Shown: positions 20,597 to 31,302 of the stretch, piece after piece
Position numbering within the stretch: the first letter of the stretch is position 1
How the letters are laid out: each line of letters begins with the position of its first letter
DNA from: a virus
Lineage: Duplodnaviria; Heunggongvirae; Uroviricota; Caudoviricetes
Reading direction: 5' to 3' (one strand)
Virus record (IMG/VR): IMGVR_UViG_2568526312_000015
Length of the DNA stretch: 54,892 bases
The notes under the pieces: generated by a model
Database searches by the model: none
What the model was told of the DNA's origin: nothing
Seen by the model: the letters and a program-made list of their open reading frames with translations, nothing else
Position numbers and translations under genes: made by a program

Positions 20597-20754
20597 AATC
20601 ACTAATTGCTGATGTTATCGGGCTGGCTGGTTTTGGCCTGCTTACGTGCGGGTTTTACCTGCAGTTTGGTATGGCTCCGGCTCTGATGCTGTCCGGCGGT
20701 TTACTGCTGGTGGGCGCACTGGCTATGGCCAGAAGGGGGACGCGTGCTGCTTGA
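20593..20754 (+). CDS. Small predicted membrane protein
   Basis: 53-aa hydrophobic ORF ([24 protein letters not shown]...) with an ATGA overlap onto the terminase stop; not in the ORF track (under 60 aa). Confidence 0.3.
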
Positions 20755-21970
20755 TGCTCTGTTCAGAAGTAAATCACTGGAGAATCCTTCCACCCCGATA
20801 ACCGGGGATGCCGTTGATACTGATGGGCTGTTCCGGACAGACGTTTATGTCAGTCCTGAAACTGCGATGAAACTGGCTGCGGTGTATTCCTGTATCTATG
20901 TCCTGTCTTCCAGCCTTGCCCAGATGCCGTTGCATGTTATGCGCAGGCACAATGGGAAGGTTGAGCCCGCACGCGATCATCCGGCGTTTTATCTGGTTCA
21001 TGATGAGCCCAATACCTGGCAAACCAGTTACAAATGGCGCGAACTGAAGCAACGTCACATCCTTGGCTGGGGGAATGGGTATACCTGGGTGAAACGTAAT
21101 CGTCGCGGTGAAGTCATATCCCTGGATTGCTGTATGCCGTGGGAAACGACGCTGATGAATACTGGTGGCCGATATACCTACGGTTTGTACAACGAATATG
21201 GGGCGTTTGCGATCAGCCCCGACGATATGATCCACATCCGTGCGCTGGGTAATAATCAGAAGATGGGGCTGAGTCCGATTATGCAACATGCCGAAACAAT
21301 AGGCATGGGGATGAGCGGTCAGAAATACACAGAAAGCTTCTTCAGCGGTAATGCCCGTCCGGCGGGGATAGTATCCGTTAAAAGCGGACTCAATAAGGAC
21401 AGCTGGGGCTGGCTTAAAGATCAGTGGCAGAAGGCATCGCAGGCGTTACGCAGCCAGGAAAACAAAACCATGCTGCTGCCAGCCGATCTGGATTACAAGG
21501 CACTGACTGTGTCGCCAGTTGACGCTCAGATCATTGACATGATGAAACTGAACCGTTCAATGATTGCCGGTATTTTCAATATTCCTGCGCACATGATTAA
21601 TGACCTCGAAAAAGCCACCTTCTCCAATATTTCTGCGCAGGCGATTCAGTTTGTCCGCTACACGATGATGCCGTGGGTAACGAACTGGGAGCAGGAGCTT
21701 AACCGTCGCTTGTTTACCCGCGCTGAGTTAGCCGCCGGGTATTACGTTAGGTTCAATCTGACGGGGCTTTTACGCGGAACTCCGCAGGAGCGCGCGCAAT
21801 TCTATCACTTCGCTATTACCGATGGATGGATGAGCCGTAATGAAGCCCGCGCATTCGAGGATATGAATCCGGTTGAAGGGCTGGATGAGATGCTGGTAAG
21901 CGTGAATGCTGCTAACCCGGCAGGAGATTTTAAGCCCCCAAAAAATGATGAGGGAAAAACCAATGAATGA
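20744..21970 (+). CDS. Portal protein (HK97 family)
   Basis: 408-aa ORF downstream of terL and upstream of the prohead protease; start codon uncertain (GTG at 20744). Confidence 0.8.
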   Translation: MLLDALFRSKSLENPSTPITGDAVDTDGLFRTDVYVSPETAMKLAAVYSCIYVLSSSLAQMPLHVMRRHNGKVEPARDHPAFYLVHDEPNTWQTSYKWRELKQRHILGWGNGYTWVKRNRRGEVISLDCCMPWETTLMNTGGRYTYGLYNEYGAFAISPDDMIHIRALGNNQKMGLSPIMQHAETIGMGMSGQKYTESFFSGNARPAGIVSVKSGLNKDSWGWLKDQWQKASQALRSQENKTMLLPADLDYKALTVSPVDAQIIDMMKLNRSMIAGIFNIPAHMINDLEKATFSNISAQAIQFVRYTMMPWVTNWEQELNRRLFTRAELAAGYYVRFNLTGLLRGTPQERAQFYHFAITDGWMSRNEARAFEDMNPVEGLDEMLVSVNAANPAGDFKPPKNDEGKTNE

Positions 21971-22565
21971 CCGTGAAATCCGTTGTTACAGCGGTGAGGT
22001 GCGTGCTGAGCGGCATGACGATAACCCTGCGCACATTATCGGTTATGGATCGGTGTTTGACTGTCGTTCTGAGCTGATATTTGGTTCATTCCGCGAAATC
22101 ATCCGGCCCGGCGCTTTTGACGATGTGCTTGGTGATGATGTACGCGCACTGTTTAACCACGATCCTAATTTTATTCTTGGGCGTAGTGCAGCAGGCACGC
22201 TGAATCTTTCAGTTGATGAGCGCGGATTGCGCTATGACATCCAGGCTCCGGAGACACAGACCATTCGTGATCTGGTGCTGGCCCCGATGCAACGTGGAGA
22301 TATTAACCAGTCATCTTTTGCTTTCCGTGTCGCCCGTGACGGCGAGGAGTGGTATCAGGATGAGGACGGGGTTGTTATTCGCGAGATAACCCGCTTTTCC
22401 CGTCTGCTGGATGTCAGTCCTGTGACATATCCTGCCTATCAGGAGGCTGACTCGGCTGTTCGCTCCATGAAAGCATGGCAGGAGGCGCGCAACAGCGGCG
22501 CGCTACAGAAAGCCATTAATCAACGTATGGCGCGTGAACGCGTCCTGACCCTTCTTAACGCGTAA
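21963..22565 (+). CDS. Prohead maturation protease (HK97 family)
   Basis: ATGAATGA overlap with the portal stop; position between portal and major capsid. Confidence 0.75.
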   Translation: MNDREIRCYSGEVRAERHDDNPAHIIGYGSVFDCRSELIFGSFREIIRPGAFDDVLGDDVRALFNHDPNFILGRSAAGTLNLSVDERGLRYDIQAPETQTIRDLVLAPMQRGDINQSSFAFRVARDGEEWYQDEDGVVIREITRFSRLLDVSPVTYPAYQEADSAVRSMKAWQEARNSGALQKAINQRMARERVLTLLNA

Positions 22566-22575
22566 AGGAAACATC

Positions 22576-23805
22576 ATGAAACTGCATGAACTGAAACAGA
22601 AACGTAATACTATCGCAACTGACATGCGCGCCCTGAATGAAAAAATTGGTGATAACGCATGGACGGAAGAGCAGCGCACTGAGTGGAACAAAGCAAAATC
22701 CGAACTGGAAGCGCTTGATGAACGAATTGCACGCGAAGAAGAACTGCGTCGTCAGGATCAGGCGTACATTGAAAGCAATGAGGAAGAGCAGCGTCAGAAT
22801 CTTGATCCGGAAAACAATCCACAACAGGATGAGAAACGAGCTCAGGTTTTTGATAAGTGGATGCGTCACGGTGCCAGTGAGCTGACATCAGAAGAACGAA
22901 AGGCGTTGCGTGAACTTCGTGCCCAGGGCGTAGCTCAGGATGAAAAGGGCGGATATACCGTACCAGAAACATTCCTGGCGAAAGTTGTTGAGAAGATGAA
23001 ATCCTACGGTGGCATCGCCAGTGTGGCGCAGATTCTTACCACTTCTGACGGTCGCACTATGGAGTGGGCAACAGCTGATGGTACTTCCGAAGTTGGTGTT
23101 CTGCTGGGCGAAAATGAAGAAGCCGGTGAAGAAGACACCGATTTCGGTATGGGAAGCCTTGGGGCGCTCAAAATGACATCGAAAATAATTCGTGTGTCTA
23201 ATGAGTTGCTGCAGGACAGTGCGATCGATATGGAAGCTTATCTTGCCCGTCGCATTGCTGAACGTATTGGTCGTGGTGAAGCCCGTTATCTGATTCAGGG
23301 AACTGGTGCTGGTACGCCTAAACAACCCAAAGGGCTGGTCGCATCTGTGACCGGCACAACACAGACTGCCGCGGCAAATACGGTGAAGTGGCAGGAAATT
23401 CTGGCTCTGAAACACAGCATTGATCCTGCATATCGTCGCGGACCGAAATTCCGCCTGGCGTTTAACGATAATACGCTGAAACTGATCAGTGAGATGGAAG
23501 ACGGTCAGGGACGCCCTTTATGGTTGCCGGATATTGTTGGTGTGGCACCTGCTTCAGTGTTGAATGTACCGTATGTCATTGATCAGGAAATTGATGATAT
23601 CGGGGCGGGTAAAAAATTCATGTTCTGTGGTGACTTTGATCGCTTCATTATCCGTCGTGTGCGATACATGATTCTTAAACGTCTGGTTGAGCGTTACGCG
23701 GAATATGATCAGACCGGTTTTCTGGCCTTCCATCGTTTTGACTGTATCCTGGAAGACACCTCTGCCATTAAAGCGCTGGTGGGGAAAGGTAGCGTTGGTG
23801 GTTGA
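22576..23805 (+). CDS. Major capsid protein (HK97 fold, N-terminal delta/scaffold domain)
   Basis: 409-aa ORF; N-terminal coiled-coil then capsid domain; canonical position. Confidence 0.85.
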   Translation: MKLHELKQKRNTIATDMRALNEKIGDNAWTEEQRTEWNKAKSELEALDERIAREEELRRQDQAYIESNEEEQRQNLDPENNPQQDEKRAQVFDKWMRHGASELTSEERKALRELRAQGVAQDEKGGYTVPETFLAKVVEKMKSYGGIASVAQILTTSDGRTMEWATADGTSEVGVLLGENEEAGEEDTDFGMGSLGALKMTSKIIRVSNELLQDSAIDMEAYLARRIAERIGRGEARYLIQGTGAGTPKQPKGLVASVTGTTQTAAANTVKWQEILALKHSIDPAYRRGPKFRLAFNDNTLKLISEMEDGQGRPLWLPDIVGVAPASVLNVPYVIDQEIDDIGAGKKFMFCGDFDRFIIRRVRYMILKRLVERYAEYDQTGFLAFHRFDCILEDTSAIKALVGKGSVGG

Positions 23806-23883
23806 TTAGTCTTTTTACGTAATACAGCACGCCGCGTAATGCGGTTTTTTTGTGCCCGCGTTCTGGCGGGCACAGGAGGTTTT

Positions 23884-24207
23884 ATGCTGTTAAAAATGGA
23901 AGAGATTAAGCTTCAGCTCCGTCTGGATGATGATTTCTCTGATGAAGATGAGTTGCTTGAACTGCTTGGTAAGGCCGCTCAGAGTCGTACGGAAAACTTC
24001 CTTAACCGTAAGTTGTATGCAACCGCAGATGACAGGCCTGCGGATGATCCTGATGGGCTTGTGATATCTGATGATGTGAAGCTGGCACTTCTGCTACTTG
24101 TCAGCCATTTCTACGAAAACCGCTCAACGGTTACAGACGTTGAGAAAATGGAGTTGCCAATGAGTTTTAACTGGTTGGTTGCTCCTTATCGCCTTATACC
24201 ACTATGA
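23884..24207 (+). CDS. Head–tail connector (gp6-like)
   Basis: ATG preceded by an AGGAGG RBS and an upstream hairpin; position after the capsid gene. Confidence 0.55.
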   Translation: MLLKMEEIKLQLRLDDDFSDEDELLELLGKAAQSRTENFLNRKLYATADDRPADDPDGLVISDDVKLALLLLVSHFYENRSTVTDVEKMELPMSFNWLVAPYRLIPL

Positions 24208-24614
24208 AAATTCGTCAGGCGCAGACCAGCGCAACCTACATACTGCCGGACCCCGGCGAACTGAATAAACGCGTCCTGATCCGCCAGCGGGTGGATATGC
24301 CCGCGGATAACTTTGGCGTGGAGCCTCAATACCCGGTTGCGTTCCGGGCATGGGCGAAGGTTATCCAGACCAGTGCCACCACCTGGCAGGAAACCGCGCA
24401 GACCGGGGACGCCATCACCCATTACATCACCATTCGCTACCGCCGCGGGATCACTGCTGATTATGAGGTGGTCTGTGATGACAGTGTGTACCGGGTGAAA
24501 CGTCAGCGCGATCTGAACGGGGCGCGGCGCTTTCTGCTGCTGGAGTGTACGGAACTGGGCGAATTTACGCAGAGTCACGGAGGCAGCAATGGCGACTCCC
24601 TTTTTTCACGTTGA
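24204..24614 (+). CDS. Head closure / head–tail adaptor protein
   Basis: 136-aa ORF in the head–tail joining cluster. Confidence 0.5.
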   Translation: MKIRQAQTSATYILPDPGELNKRVLIRQRVDMPADNFGVEPQYPVAFRAWAKVIQTSATTWQETAQTGDAITHYITIRYRRGITADYEVVCDDSVYRVKRQRDLNGARRFLLLECTELGEFTQSHGGSNGDSLFSR

Positions 24615-25095
24615 TGTTCAGCAGCCCGCCGAGATGCGCTTTAACCGCGCCCGTGTCCGGCGGGCGTTTGTCACGATTGGGCAGCGTCATATGCGTGATG
24701 CCCGTCGGCTGGTGATGCGCCGTGCGCGGTCGGCACCGGGTGAAAACCCCGGTTATCAGACCGGACGCCTGGCTCGTTCGATTGGTTACATGGTGCCGAG
24801 AGCCAGTAAAAAGCGAGCCGGTTTTATGACACGCATTGCCCCTAACCAGCGCAACGGGAAGGGGAACCGGATGATCTCTGGTGACTTCTATCCGGCGTTT
24901 CTGTTTTTTGGTGTCCGGGGAGGAGCAAAACGTCGTCGTAGTCATCATCGTGGTGCATCCGGTGGCAGCGGCTGGCGGCTGGCTCCACGTAATAACTTTA
25001 TGGTGGAAACGCTTGAAAAGAACCGCAGCTGGACACGCTATTTTCTGGCGCGAGAATTACGTAAATCACTGAAGCCTGAGCGACGACGCAGATGA
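24589..25095 (+). CDS. Virion morphogenesis protein (Arg-rich; tail completion cluster)
   Basis: 168-aa basic ORF between the head-completion and tail sheath genes. Confidence 0.45.
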   Translation: MATPFFHVDVQQPAEMRFNRARVRRAFVTIGQRHMRDARRLVMRRARSAPGENPGYQTGRLARSIGYMVPRASKKRAGFMTRIAPNQRNGKGNRMISGDFYPAFLFFGVRGGAKRRRSHHRGASGGSGWRLAPRNNFMVETLEKNRSWTRYFLARELRKSLKPERRRR

Positions 25096-25652
25096 AACTG
25101 ACGCCTGTTATTGCTGCGCTGCGTGCCCGCTGCCCGTATTTTGAAAACCGGGTGGCAGGCGCGGCACAGTTCAAAAATCTGCCGGAGGTCGGAAAGCTGA
25201 GACTCCCGGCGGCGTATGTGGTACCGGGTGATGACTCTCCGGGAGAAAACAAAAGCCAGACCGACTACTGGCAGGAGCTGAAAGAGGGCTTCTCCGTGGT
25301 TGTCATACTGAGTAACGGGCGTGATGAGCTCGGTCAGTTTGCTTCGTATGATGTGGTGGACGATGTCCGGCAGATGCTCTTTAAGGCCTTGCTGGGCTGG
25401 AACCCGGAAGCGTGCGGTAACCCGATTACCTATGACGGCGGCACGCTGCTGGATCTGAATCGTCATGAGCTGATTTATCAGTTCGATTTTTCGGTCATCA
25501 GCGAGCTGACTGAAGACGATACCCGCCAGCAGGATGATCTGAACAGTCTGGATGAACTGCAAACGCTGGCGATTGATGTTGATTATCTCGAGCCCGGTAA
25601 CGGGCCTGACGGCGATATCGAACATCACACCGAAATAACCCTTCCTTCCTGA
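25092..25652 (+). CDS. Tail completion / neck protein
   Basis: 186-aa ORF immediately upstream of the sheath gene region. Confidence 0.45.
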   Translation: MKLTPVIAALRARCPYFENRVAGAAQFKNLPEVGKLRLPAAYVVPGDDSPGENKSQTDYWQELKEGFSVVVILSNGRDELGQFASYDVVDDVRQMLFKALLGWNPEACGNPITYDGGTLLDLNRHELIYQFDFSVISELTEDDTRQQDDLNSLDELQTLAIDVDYLEPGNGPDGDIEHHTEITLPS

Positions 25653-25660
25653 GGATCCTC

Positions 25661-25831
25661 ATGTTTGTCAAACCTGTTAAAGGGCGGTCAGTGCCTGACC
25701 CTGCCCGCGGCGACCTTTTGCCCGCCGAAGGGCGAAATGTTGACGAGAACAACTACTGGCTGCGCCGTGAAGCAGCGGGTGATATCCGGCGCGTGAATAA
25801 AAAGGTGAACACCGATGACGATAAGCTTTAA
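25661..25831 (+). CDS. Small hypothetical protein preceding the tail sheath gene
   Basis: 56-aa ORF (MFVKPVKGRSVPDPARGDLLPAEGRNV...); overlaps the sheath start. Confidence 0.3.
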   Translation: MFVKPVKGRSVPDPARGDLLPAEGRNVDENNYWLRREAAGDIRRVNKKVNTDDDKL

Positions 25832-27311
25832 CACCATTCCGTCGAATACGCTGGTTCCGTTGTTTTATGCGGAAATGGATAACCAGGCGGCGAATACTGC
25901 ACAGGACAGCGGAGCATCGCTGCTGATTGGTCATGCCAATAACGGTGCAGAGATTGTTGCCAACAGTCTGGTACTGATGTCGTCGGCAGACTATGCACGC
26001 CAGATTTGTGGTGCGGGAAGTCAGCTGGCGCGTATGGTCGAGGCTTATCGCCAGACTGACCCGTTTGGCGAGCTGTATGTGATTGCCGTTCCTGAATCCA
26101 CAGGTGCGGCGGCAACAGTTACGCTGACGGTGACCGGGGCGGCAACCGAAACCGGCACGGTGAATGTGTATGTAGGACGTACCCGCGTGCAGGCACCGGT
26201 GACTAACGGCGATAACGTCACGATGATTGCCAGCAGTATCCAGGATGCCATCAATGCCGTTCCGACCCTGCCGTTTACGGCTTCATCTTTGGCAGGCGTG
26301 GTCACACTGACCGCGCGTCATAAGGGGCTTTGTGGGAATGAAATTCCTGTCAGCCTCAATTACTACGGCTTTGGTGGGGGCGAAGTGCTGCCAGCGGGCG
26401 TACAGATTGCCGTGGCGACGGGTACCGCCGGAACGGGTGCTCCGGTTCTCACCGGCGCGGTGGCTGCAATGGCGGATGAGCCGTTTGATTATATCGGCCT
26501 GCCGTTCAACGACACGGCCTCCGTTAACACGCTGGTGACCGAGATGAACGATACCAGCGGTCGCTGGAGCTATGCGCGTCAGCTGTATGGTCATGTGTAT
26601 ACGGCAAAGATCGGCACGCTGTCAGAACTGGTGACCGCAGGTGACCAGTTTAACCAGCAGCACATTACCCTGGCGGGGTACGAAAAAGAGACCCAGACGC
26701 CTGCCGACGAGCTGGCGGCAAGCCGTACCGCCCGCGCAGCGGTGTTTATCCGCAACGATCCGGCACGTCCCACGCAGACCGGTGAGCTGGTGGGTATGCT
26801 GCCTGCGCCGAAGGGGAAACGGTTCACGATGACCGAACAACAGACCCTGCTGTCTCATGGCGTGGCAACGGCGTATGTCGAAAGCGGGGTACTACGCATT
26901 CAGCGTGATGTCACCACGTACAGGAAAAACGCTTACGGGGTTGCGGATAACAGTTACCTCGACAGTGAGACGCTGCATACCAGCGCGTATGTACTGCGCA
27001 AACTGAAATCCGTCATTACCAGTAAGTACGGGCGTCACAAGCTTGCCAGTGACGGTACCCGCTTTGGTCCCGGTCAGGCGATTGTCACCCCGGCGGTGAT
27101 CAAAGGGGAACTGCTGGCAACCTACCGTCAGCTTGAGCGTGCGGGGATCGTGGAAAACTACGAACTGTTTAAGCAGTACCTGGTTGTGGAGCGTGATGCC
27201 AGCGATCCGAACCGCCTGAACACGCTGTTCCCGCCTGACTATGTTAACCAGCTGCGTGTCTTTGCCGTGGTTAATCAGTTCCGTCTTCAGTATTCAGAGG
27301 AGTCTGCATAA
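25815..27311 (+). CDS. Contractile tail sheath protein (Mu gpL-like)
   Basis: 498-aa ORF followed by tube, chaperones and tape measure. Confidence 0.8.
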   Translation: MTISFNTIPSNTLVPLFYAEMDNQAANTAQDSGASLLIGHANNGAEIVANSLVLMSSADYARQICGAGSQLARMVEAYRQTDPFGELYVIAVPESTGAAATVTLTVTGAATETGTVNVYVGRTRVQAPVTNGDNVTMIASSIQDAINAVPTLPFTASSLAGVVTLTARHKGLCGNEIPVSLNYYGFGGGEVLPAGVQIAVATGTAGTGAPVLTGAVAAMADEPFDYIGLPFNDTASVNTLVTEMNDTSGRWSYARQLYGHVYTAKIGTLSELVTAGDQFNQQHITLAGYEKETQTPADELAASRTARAAVFIRNDPARPTQTGELVGMLPAPKGKRFTMTEQQTLLSHGVATAYVESGVLRIQRDVTTYRKNAYGVADNSYLDSETLHTSAYVLRKLKSVITSKYGRHKLASDGTRFGPGQAIVTPAVIKGELLATYRQLERAGIVENYELFKQYLVVERDASDPNRLNTLFPPDYVNQLRVFAVVNQFRLQYSEESA

Positions 27312-27667
27312 TGGCCCGTATCGGGGGAACCTGTTATTTCAAAATTGACGGTCAGCAGCTATCGCTGACCGGCGGCATTGAGGTGCCCATGAACAAAACG
27401 GTTAACGATGACATCATCGGCCTGGACGGTTCAGTGGACCGCAAGGAAACTCACCGTGCGCCTTATGTCAAAGGGACCTTCAAGGTGCCGAAGAATTTTC
27501 CGGTAAGCAAAATCACCTCGTCTGATGAGATGACCATCACTGCCGAGCTGGCGAACGGTCAGGTCTATGTACTGTCGTCTGCCTGGCTGCACGGCGAAGC
27601 GAACCATAATGCCGAAGAAGGCACGGTTGATCTTGAGTTCCACGGTGAAGAAGGGGATTACCAGTAA
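27311..27667 (+). CDS. Tail tube protein
   Basis: 118-aa ORF immediately after the sheath gene. Confidence 0.75.
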   Translation: MARIGGTCYFKIDGQQLSLTGGIEVPMNKTVNDDIIGLDGSVDRKETHRAPYVKGTFKVPKNFPVSKITSSDEMTITAELANGQVYVLSSAWLHGEANHNAEEGTVDLEFHGEEGDYQ

Positions 27668-28091
27668 TGAAAGAGCTTGAGTTAAAGAAACCGATTACTG
27701 CTCATGGCGAGACACTCTCCGTACTGGAGTTTGATGAACCCACCGGGAAGGATGTCCGCGAGCTGGGGTATCCCTACCAGATGAATCAGGATGAGTCAGT
27801 CAGACTTCTGGCGCATGTGGTGTCGAAATACATTGTGCGGCTGGCGAAAGTGCCGCAAAGCTCTGTCGACCAGATGTCTCCGGCAGACCTGAATGCAGCG
27901 GCGTGGCTTGTGGCTGGTTTTTTCCTCCAGGCCTGACGGCTGAATACCTCACTGATCGCTTCTTTGACTGCGCCAGCTACTGGCGCATTAATCCTTTCGA
28001 ATTGCTGAATATGCCGATCAGTGAAATTCCCTTGCTGGTCAGTCAGGCAAACAGGATAGAGCAGGAGAAACGCACACATGGCGGAATTTGA
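27667..28091 (+). CDS. Tail assembly chaperone pair (27667..27936, with a -1 frameshift extension to 28091)
   Basis: Slippery heptamer T_TTT_TTC at 27918..27924; the -1 frame continues as FFPPGLTAEYL... to 28091; conserved position before the tape measure. Confidence 0.7.
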
Positions 28092-29913
28092 GCTTAAGGC
28101 GTTGATCACCGGTGTCGACAGGCTTTCTCCCGCGCTGTCGAAAATGCAAAAGAAAATCCGGGGATTTAAACGCCAGGCGGAAGAAGCGTCACAGGGTGGG
28201 CTGGCGCTTGGTGGCGGACTGGCAGCGGGTCTGACGCTTTCCCTGAAATCTTATGCCGATCAGGAAAACGCCGCCACCGGGCTGAAAGTCGCCATGATGG
28301 ATGCGAACGGCGAGGTTGGAAAGAGCTTTCAGGACATCAATAAACTGGCTATTGGCCTGGGTAACCAGCTACCCGGTACAACGGCTGATTTCCAGAACAT
28401 GATGCAGATGCTGGTGCGTCAGGGGATCCCGGCAGAAAACATTCTTGGCGGTGTGGGTAAAGCGACAGCTTATCTTGCGGTACAACTGAAAAAAACACCG
28501 GAAGCGGCTGCTGAGTTTGCTGCAAAGATGCAGGATGCTACCGGAACGGCGTCAGAAGACATGATGGGGCTGTTCGACACTATCCAGAAGGCGTTTTATC
28601 TGGGTGTTGACGATACCAACATGTTGTCCTTCTTCACTAAAACCAGCTCTGTTCTGAAGATGGTGAACAAGGACGGTCTTCAGGCTGCACAGAGCCTTGC
28701 CCCCATCAGCGTCATGATGGATCAGATGGGGATGAACGGGGAGTCGGCAGGTAACGCCCTGCGAAAAGTTATCCAGTCCGGATTAAGCGTTAAGAAAATC
28801 AGGGACGTCAATAAAATCATGGCCCGCCAGAAACTCGGGGTACAGCTCGATTTTACTGACGGCAAAGGAAGTTTTGGCGGTCTTGATAACATGTTCAGGC
28901 AACTGGCAAAGCTGCGAAAACTGACCGACGTTAAGCGAACAGGTGTACTTAAGGCAATATTTGGTGATGATGCCGAAACCCTTCAGGTGGTCAATGCACT
29001 AATCGATAAAGGAAAGGATGGCTACGATCAGATCCAGCAGAAGATGAATAAACAGGCCAGCCTGAATAAACGTGTTCAGGCCCAGCTTGGTACGCTGTCC
29101 AACCTGTGGGAGGCAATGACGGGGACCGCAACTAACGGCCTTGCGGCTATTGGCGGCGCATTTTCTGGTGACGCCAAAAATATCACGCAATGGCTGGGGG
29201 AGTTAGGGGAAAAATTCACGAAGTTTGCGGATGAAAATCCCCGGGTTATTCGCGGCGTCGTCGGGCTTGCTGCCGGTCTTGCGATTCTGAAACTGGGATT
29301 GATGGGCGTTGGCGGTGCCATCAGTATTGTCAGCAGGATCATGTCGATGACGCCGATTGGAATGATTGCGACGGCGATAGCCCTGGCTGCGGGATTAATT
29401 ATCACTAACTGGGATGTTGTCGGACCTTATTTCAAGAAGCTCTGGGAAACCATTGGTCCTTATTTTGAGGCTGGCTGGGAACTTCTGAAGAAGGTTTTTG
29501 CCTGGTCGCCGCTGGGGATGGTAATCAATAACTGGGGACCGGTTGTTAAGTGGTTTCAGGATATGTGGGACAAACTGAAGCCAATTATTGAGTGGTTTAC
29601 CGACAGTTCCGGTGACACGGTCGATGCCATTAACTCTGCGCAGTGGGGCGCGGGTGCTTATGATGCTTATGGGACGGGAATACCGGCACGGGGATACACA
29701 CCTTATCAGGCGGTAGATCCGGCTCAGTCAAACAACGCCTCCGGTGCCACAGGCCCGAATCCCTTCATGATTAACAAAGCTTCTGCGCCAAAAGTTGATG
29801 GTGAGATCAAGGTCTCTTTTGTGAATTCGCCTCCGGGTATGCGGGTTATGGAAACGCGATCCAGCGGTTTTGATGTCAGCCATGATGTTGGCTATACGCG
29901 CTTTGGCAGGTAA
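28078..29913 (+). CDS. Tail tape measure protein
   Basis: 611-aa ORF, helical N-terminus, Gly/Ala-rich TM-like segments, Trp-rich C-terminal repeats. Confidence 0.85.
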   Translation: MAEFELKALITGVDRLSPALSKMQKKIRGFKRQAEEASQGGLALGGGLAAGLTLSLKSYADQENAATGLKVAMMDANGEVGKSFQDINKLAIGLGNQLPGTTADFQNMMQMLVRQGIPAENILGGVGKATAYLAVQLKKTPEAAAEFAAKMQDATGTASEDMMGLFDTIQKAFYLGVDDTNMLSFFTKTSSVLKMVNKDGLQAAQSLAPISVMMDQMGMNGESAGNALRKVIQSGLSVKKIRDVNKIMARQKLGVQLDFTDGKGSFGGLDNMFRQLAKLRKLTDVKRTGVLKAIFGDDAETLQVVNALIDKGKDGYDQIQQKMNKQASLNKRVQAQLGTLSNLWEAMTGTATNGLAAIGGAFSGDAKNITQWLGELGEKFTKFADENPRVIRGVVGLAAGLAILKLGLMGVGGAISIVSRIMSMTPIGMIATAIALAAGLIITNWDVVGPYFKKLWETIGPYFEAGWELLKKVFAWSPLGMVINNWGPVVKWFQDMWDKLKPIIEWFTDSSGDTVDAINSAQWGAGAYDAYGTGIPARGYTPYQAVDPAQSNNASGATGPNPFMINKASAPKVDGEIKVSFVNSPPGMRVMETRSSGFDVSHDVGYTRFGR

Positions 29914-29973
29914 TGAAAAATTAATCTGTTAATGAGTCCCACTCCGGTGGGATTTTTTATGTACGGAGTTTAT

Positions 29974-31302
29974 ATGACGTGGAAAGACAGACTTCAGGAC
30001 GCGTCATTTCGCGGTGTGCCGTTTAAGGTTGAAGAAGAAAGTGCGGGAACCGGTCGTCGTGTGGAAACGCACGAATACCCGAACCGCGACAAACCCTATA
30101 CCGAAGACCTGGGGAAAATCACTTTCCGCCCGTCCATCACAGCTTATGTGGTGGGAGATGACTGCTTTGACCAGCGCGATCGCCTGATTGACGCGCTGAA
30201 TAAACCCGGTCCCGGCACGCTTGTCCATCCGACTTACGGTGAGCTGAAAGTCTGTGTTGACGGGGAAGTTCGGGTCAGCACATCGAAGAGTGAAGGGCGT
30301 ATTGTCCGCTTTGACCTGAAGTTTGTCGAAGCGGGAGAACTCTCTTACCCCACTTCAGGTGCGGCGACGGCGCAGACGCTGATGTCATCCTGTTCTGCAC
30401 TGGATGACTGCATCAGTGACAGCTTCAGTGGTTTCAGTATCGATGGCGTGGCAGATTTTGTGCAGAACGACGTCGTCGGTAATGCCAGCACAATGCTTGG
30501 GTATGTTTCTGATGCGATGAAAGTGGTGGATTCTGCCGTATCGGATGCCGCCAGGCTGTTGCAGGGGGATATCTCGGTACTTCTGCCGCCACCATCGTCA
30601 GGCAAAAATTTCGTTGAGCAGGTGCAGAAAATGTGGCGTACCGGGAAACGCCTTTATGGTAACGCCAGCGACCTGGTCACCATGATCAAAACGCTTTCCG
30701 GTGTCAGCCTCGGCAGCGATCTGCAACCGCGCGGCGTCTGGAAAACGGACAGTAAAACTACCGCCACGGCGACGCAGCAGCGTAACGTGGTTGCCAGCAC
30801 CCTTCGTACGACCGCAATCAGCGAAGCGGCGTATGCCGTCACACGATTGCCTGCGCCCACAACTTCCGCGGTGATGCAGAATGCCACAGTAGGGCAGTCA
30901 ACAACACCCGCGCAGAGCACCGGCTGGCCTTCTGTCACGCATCCGGCACTGAACAATGCACCGGCGGTGAAAAACACGGTTGACCTGCCAACGTGGGAAG
31001 AACTGACCGACATTCGCGACACACTGAATACGGCAATTGATAAGGAGTTGTCCCGTACAACCAGTGATGCGCTGTTTCTGGCGCTGCGCCGGGTGAAAGC
31101 AGATCTGAATGCGGATATCAACACGCGCCTTGAACAGTCTGCACGGATCATTCAGCGCACGCCGGATGAGGTTTTACCCGCGCTGGTGCTGGCGGCGACC
31201 TGGTTTGATAACGCGGCGCGTGACGCGGACATTATCCGGCGTAATGCCATTACGCATCCCGGCTTTGTGCCGGTGATCCCTCTGAAGGTGCCAGTGCAAT
31301 GA
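29974..31302 (+). CDS. Mu gpN-like DNA circulation protein
   Basis: ATG with GGAG RBS; Mu-type tail gene order. Confidence 0.65.
   Translation: MTWKDRLQDASFRGVPFKVEEESAGTGRRVETHEYPNRDKPYTEDLGKITFRPSITAYVVGDDCFDQRDRLIDALNKPGPGTLVHPTYGELKVCVDGEVRVSTSKSEGRIVRFDLKFVEAGELSYPTSGAATAQTLMSSCSALDDCISDSFSGFSIDGVADFVQNDVVGNASTMLGYVSDAMKVVDSAVSDAARLLQGDISVLLPPPSSGKNFVEQVQKMWRTGKRLYGNASDLVTMIKTLSGVSLGSDLQPRGVWKTDSKTTATATQQRNVVASTLRTTAISEAAYAVTRLPAPTTSAVMQNATVGQSTTPAQSTGWPSVTHPALNNAPAVKNTVDLPTWEELTDIRDTLNTAIDKELSRTTSDALFLALRRVKADLNADINTRLEQSARIIQRTPDEVLPALVLAATWFDNAARDADIIRRNAITHPGFVPVIPLKVPVQ

Noticed and set aside
22503-23415. Antisense ORFs within the major capsid gene (22555..22869, 22610..22972, 22888..23415)
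   Set aside because: They sit entirely inside a strongly supported structural gene on the opposite strand, with no independent start context.
29076-31151. Antisense ORFs inside the tape measure and DNA circulation genes (29076..29405, 30654..31151 and similar)
   Set aside because: Shadow ORFs within long conserved tail genes; low-complexity Ala/Pro/Arg-rich translations.
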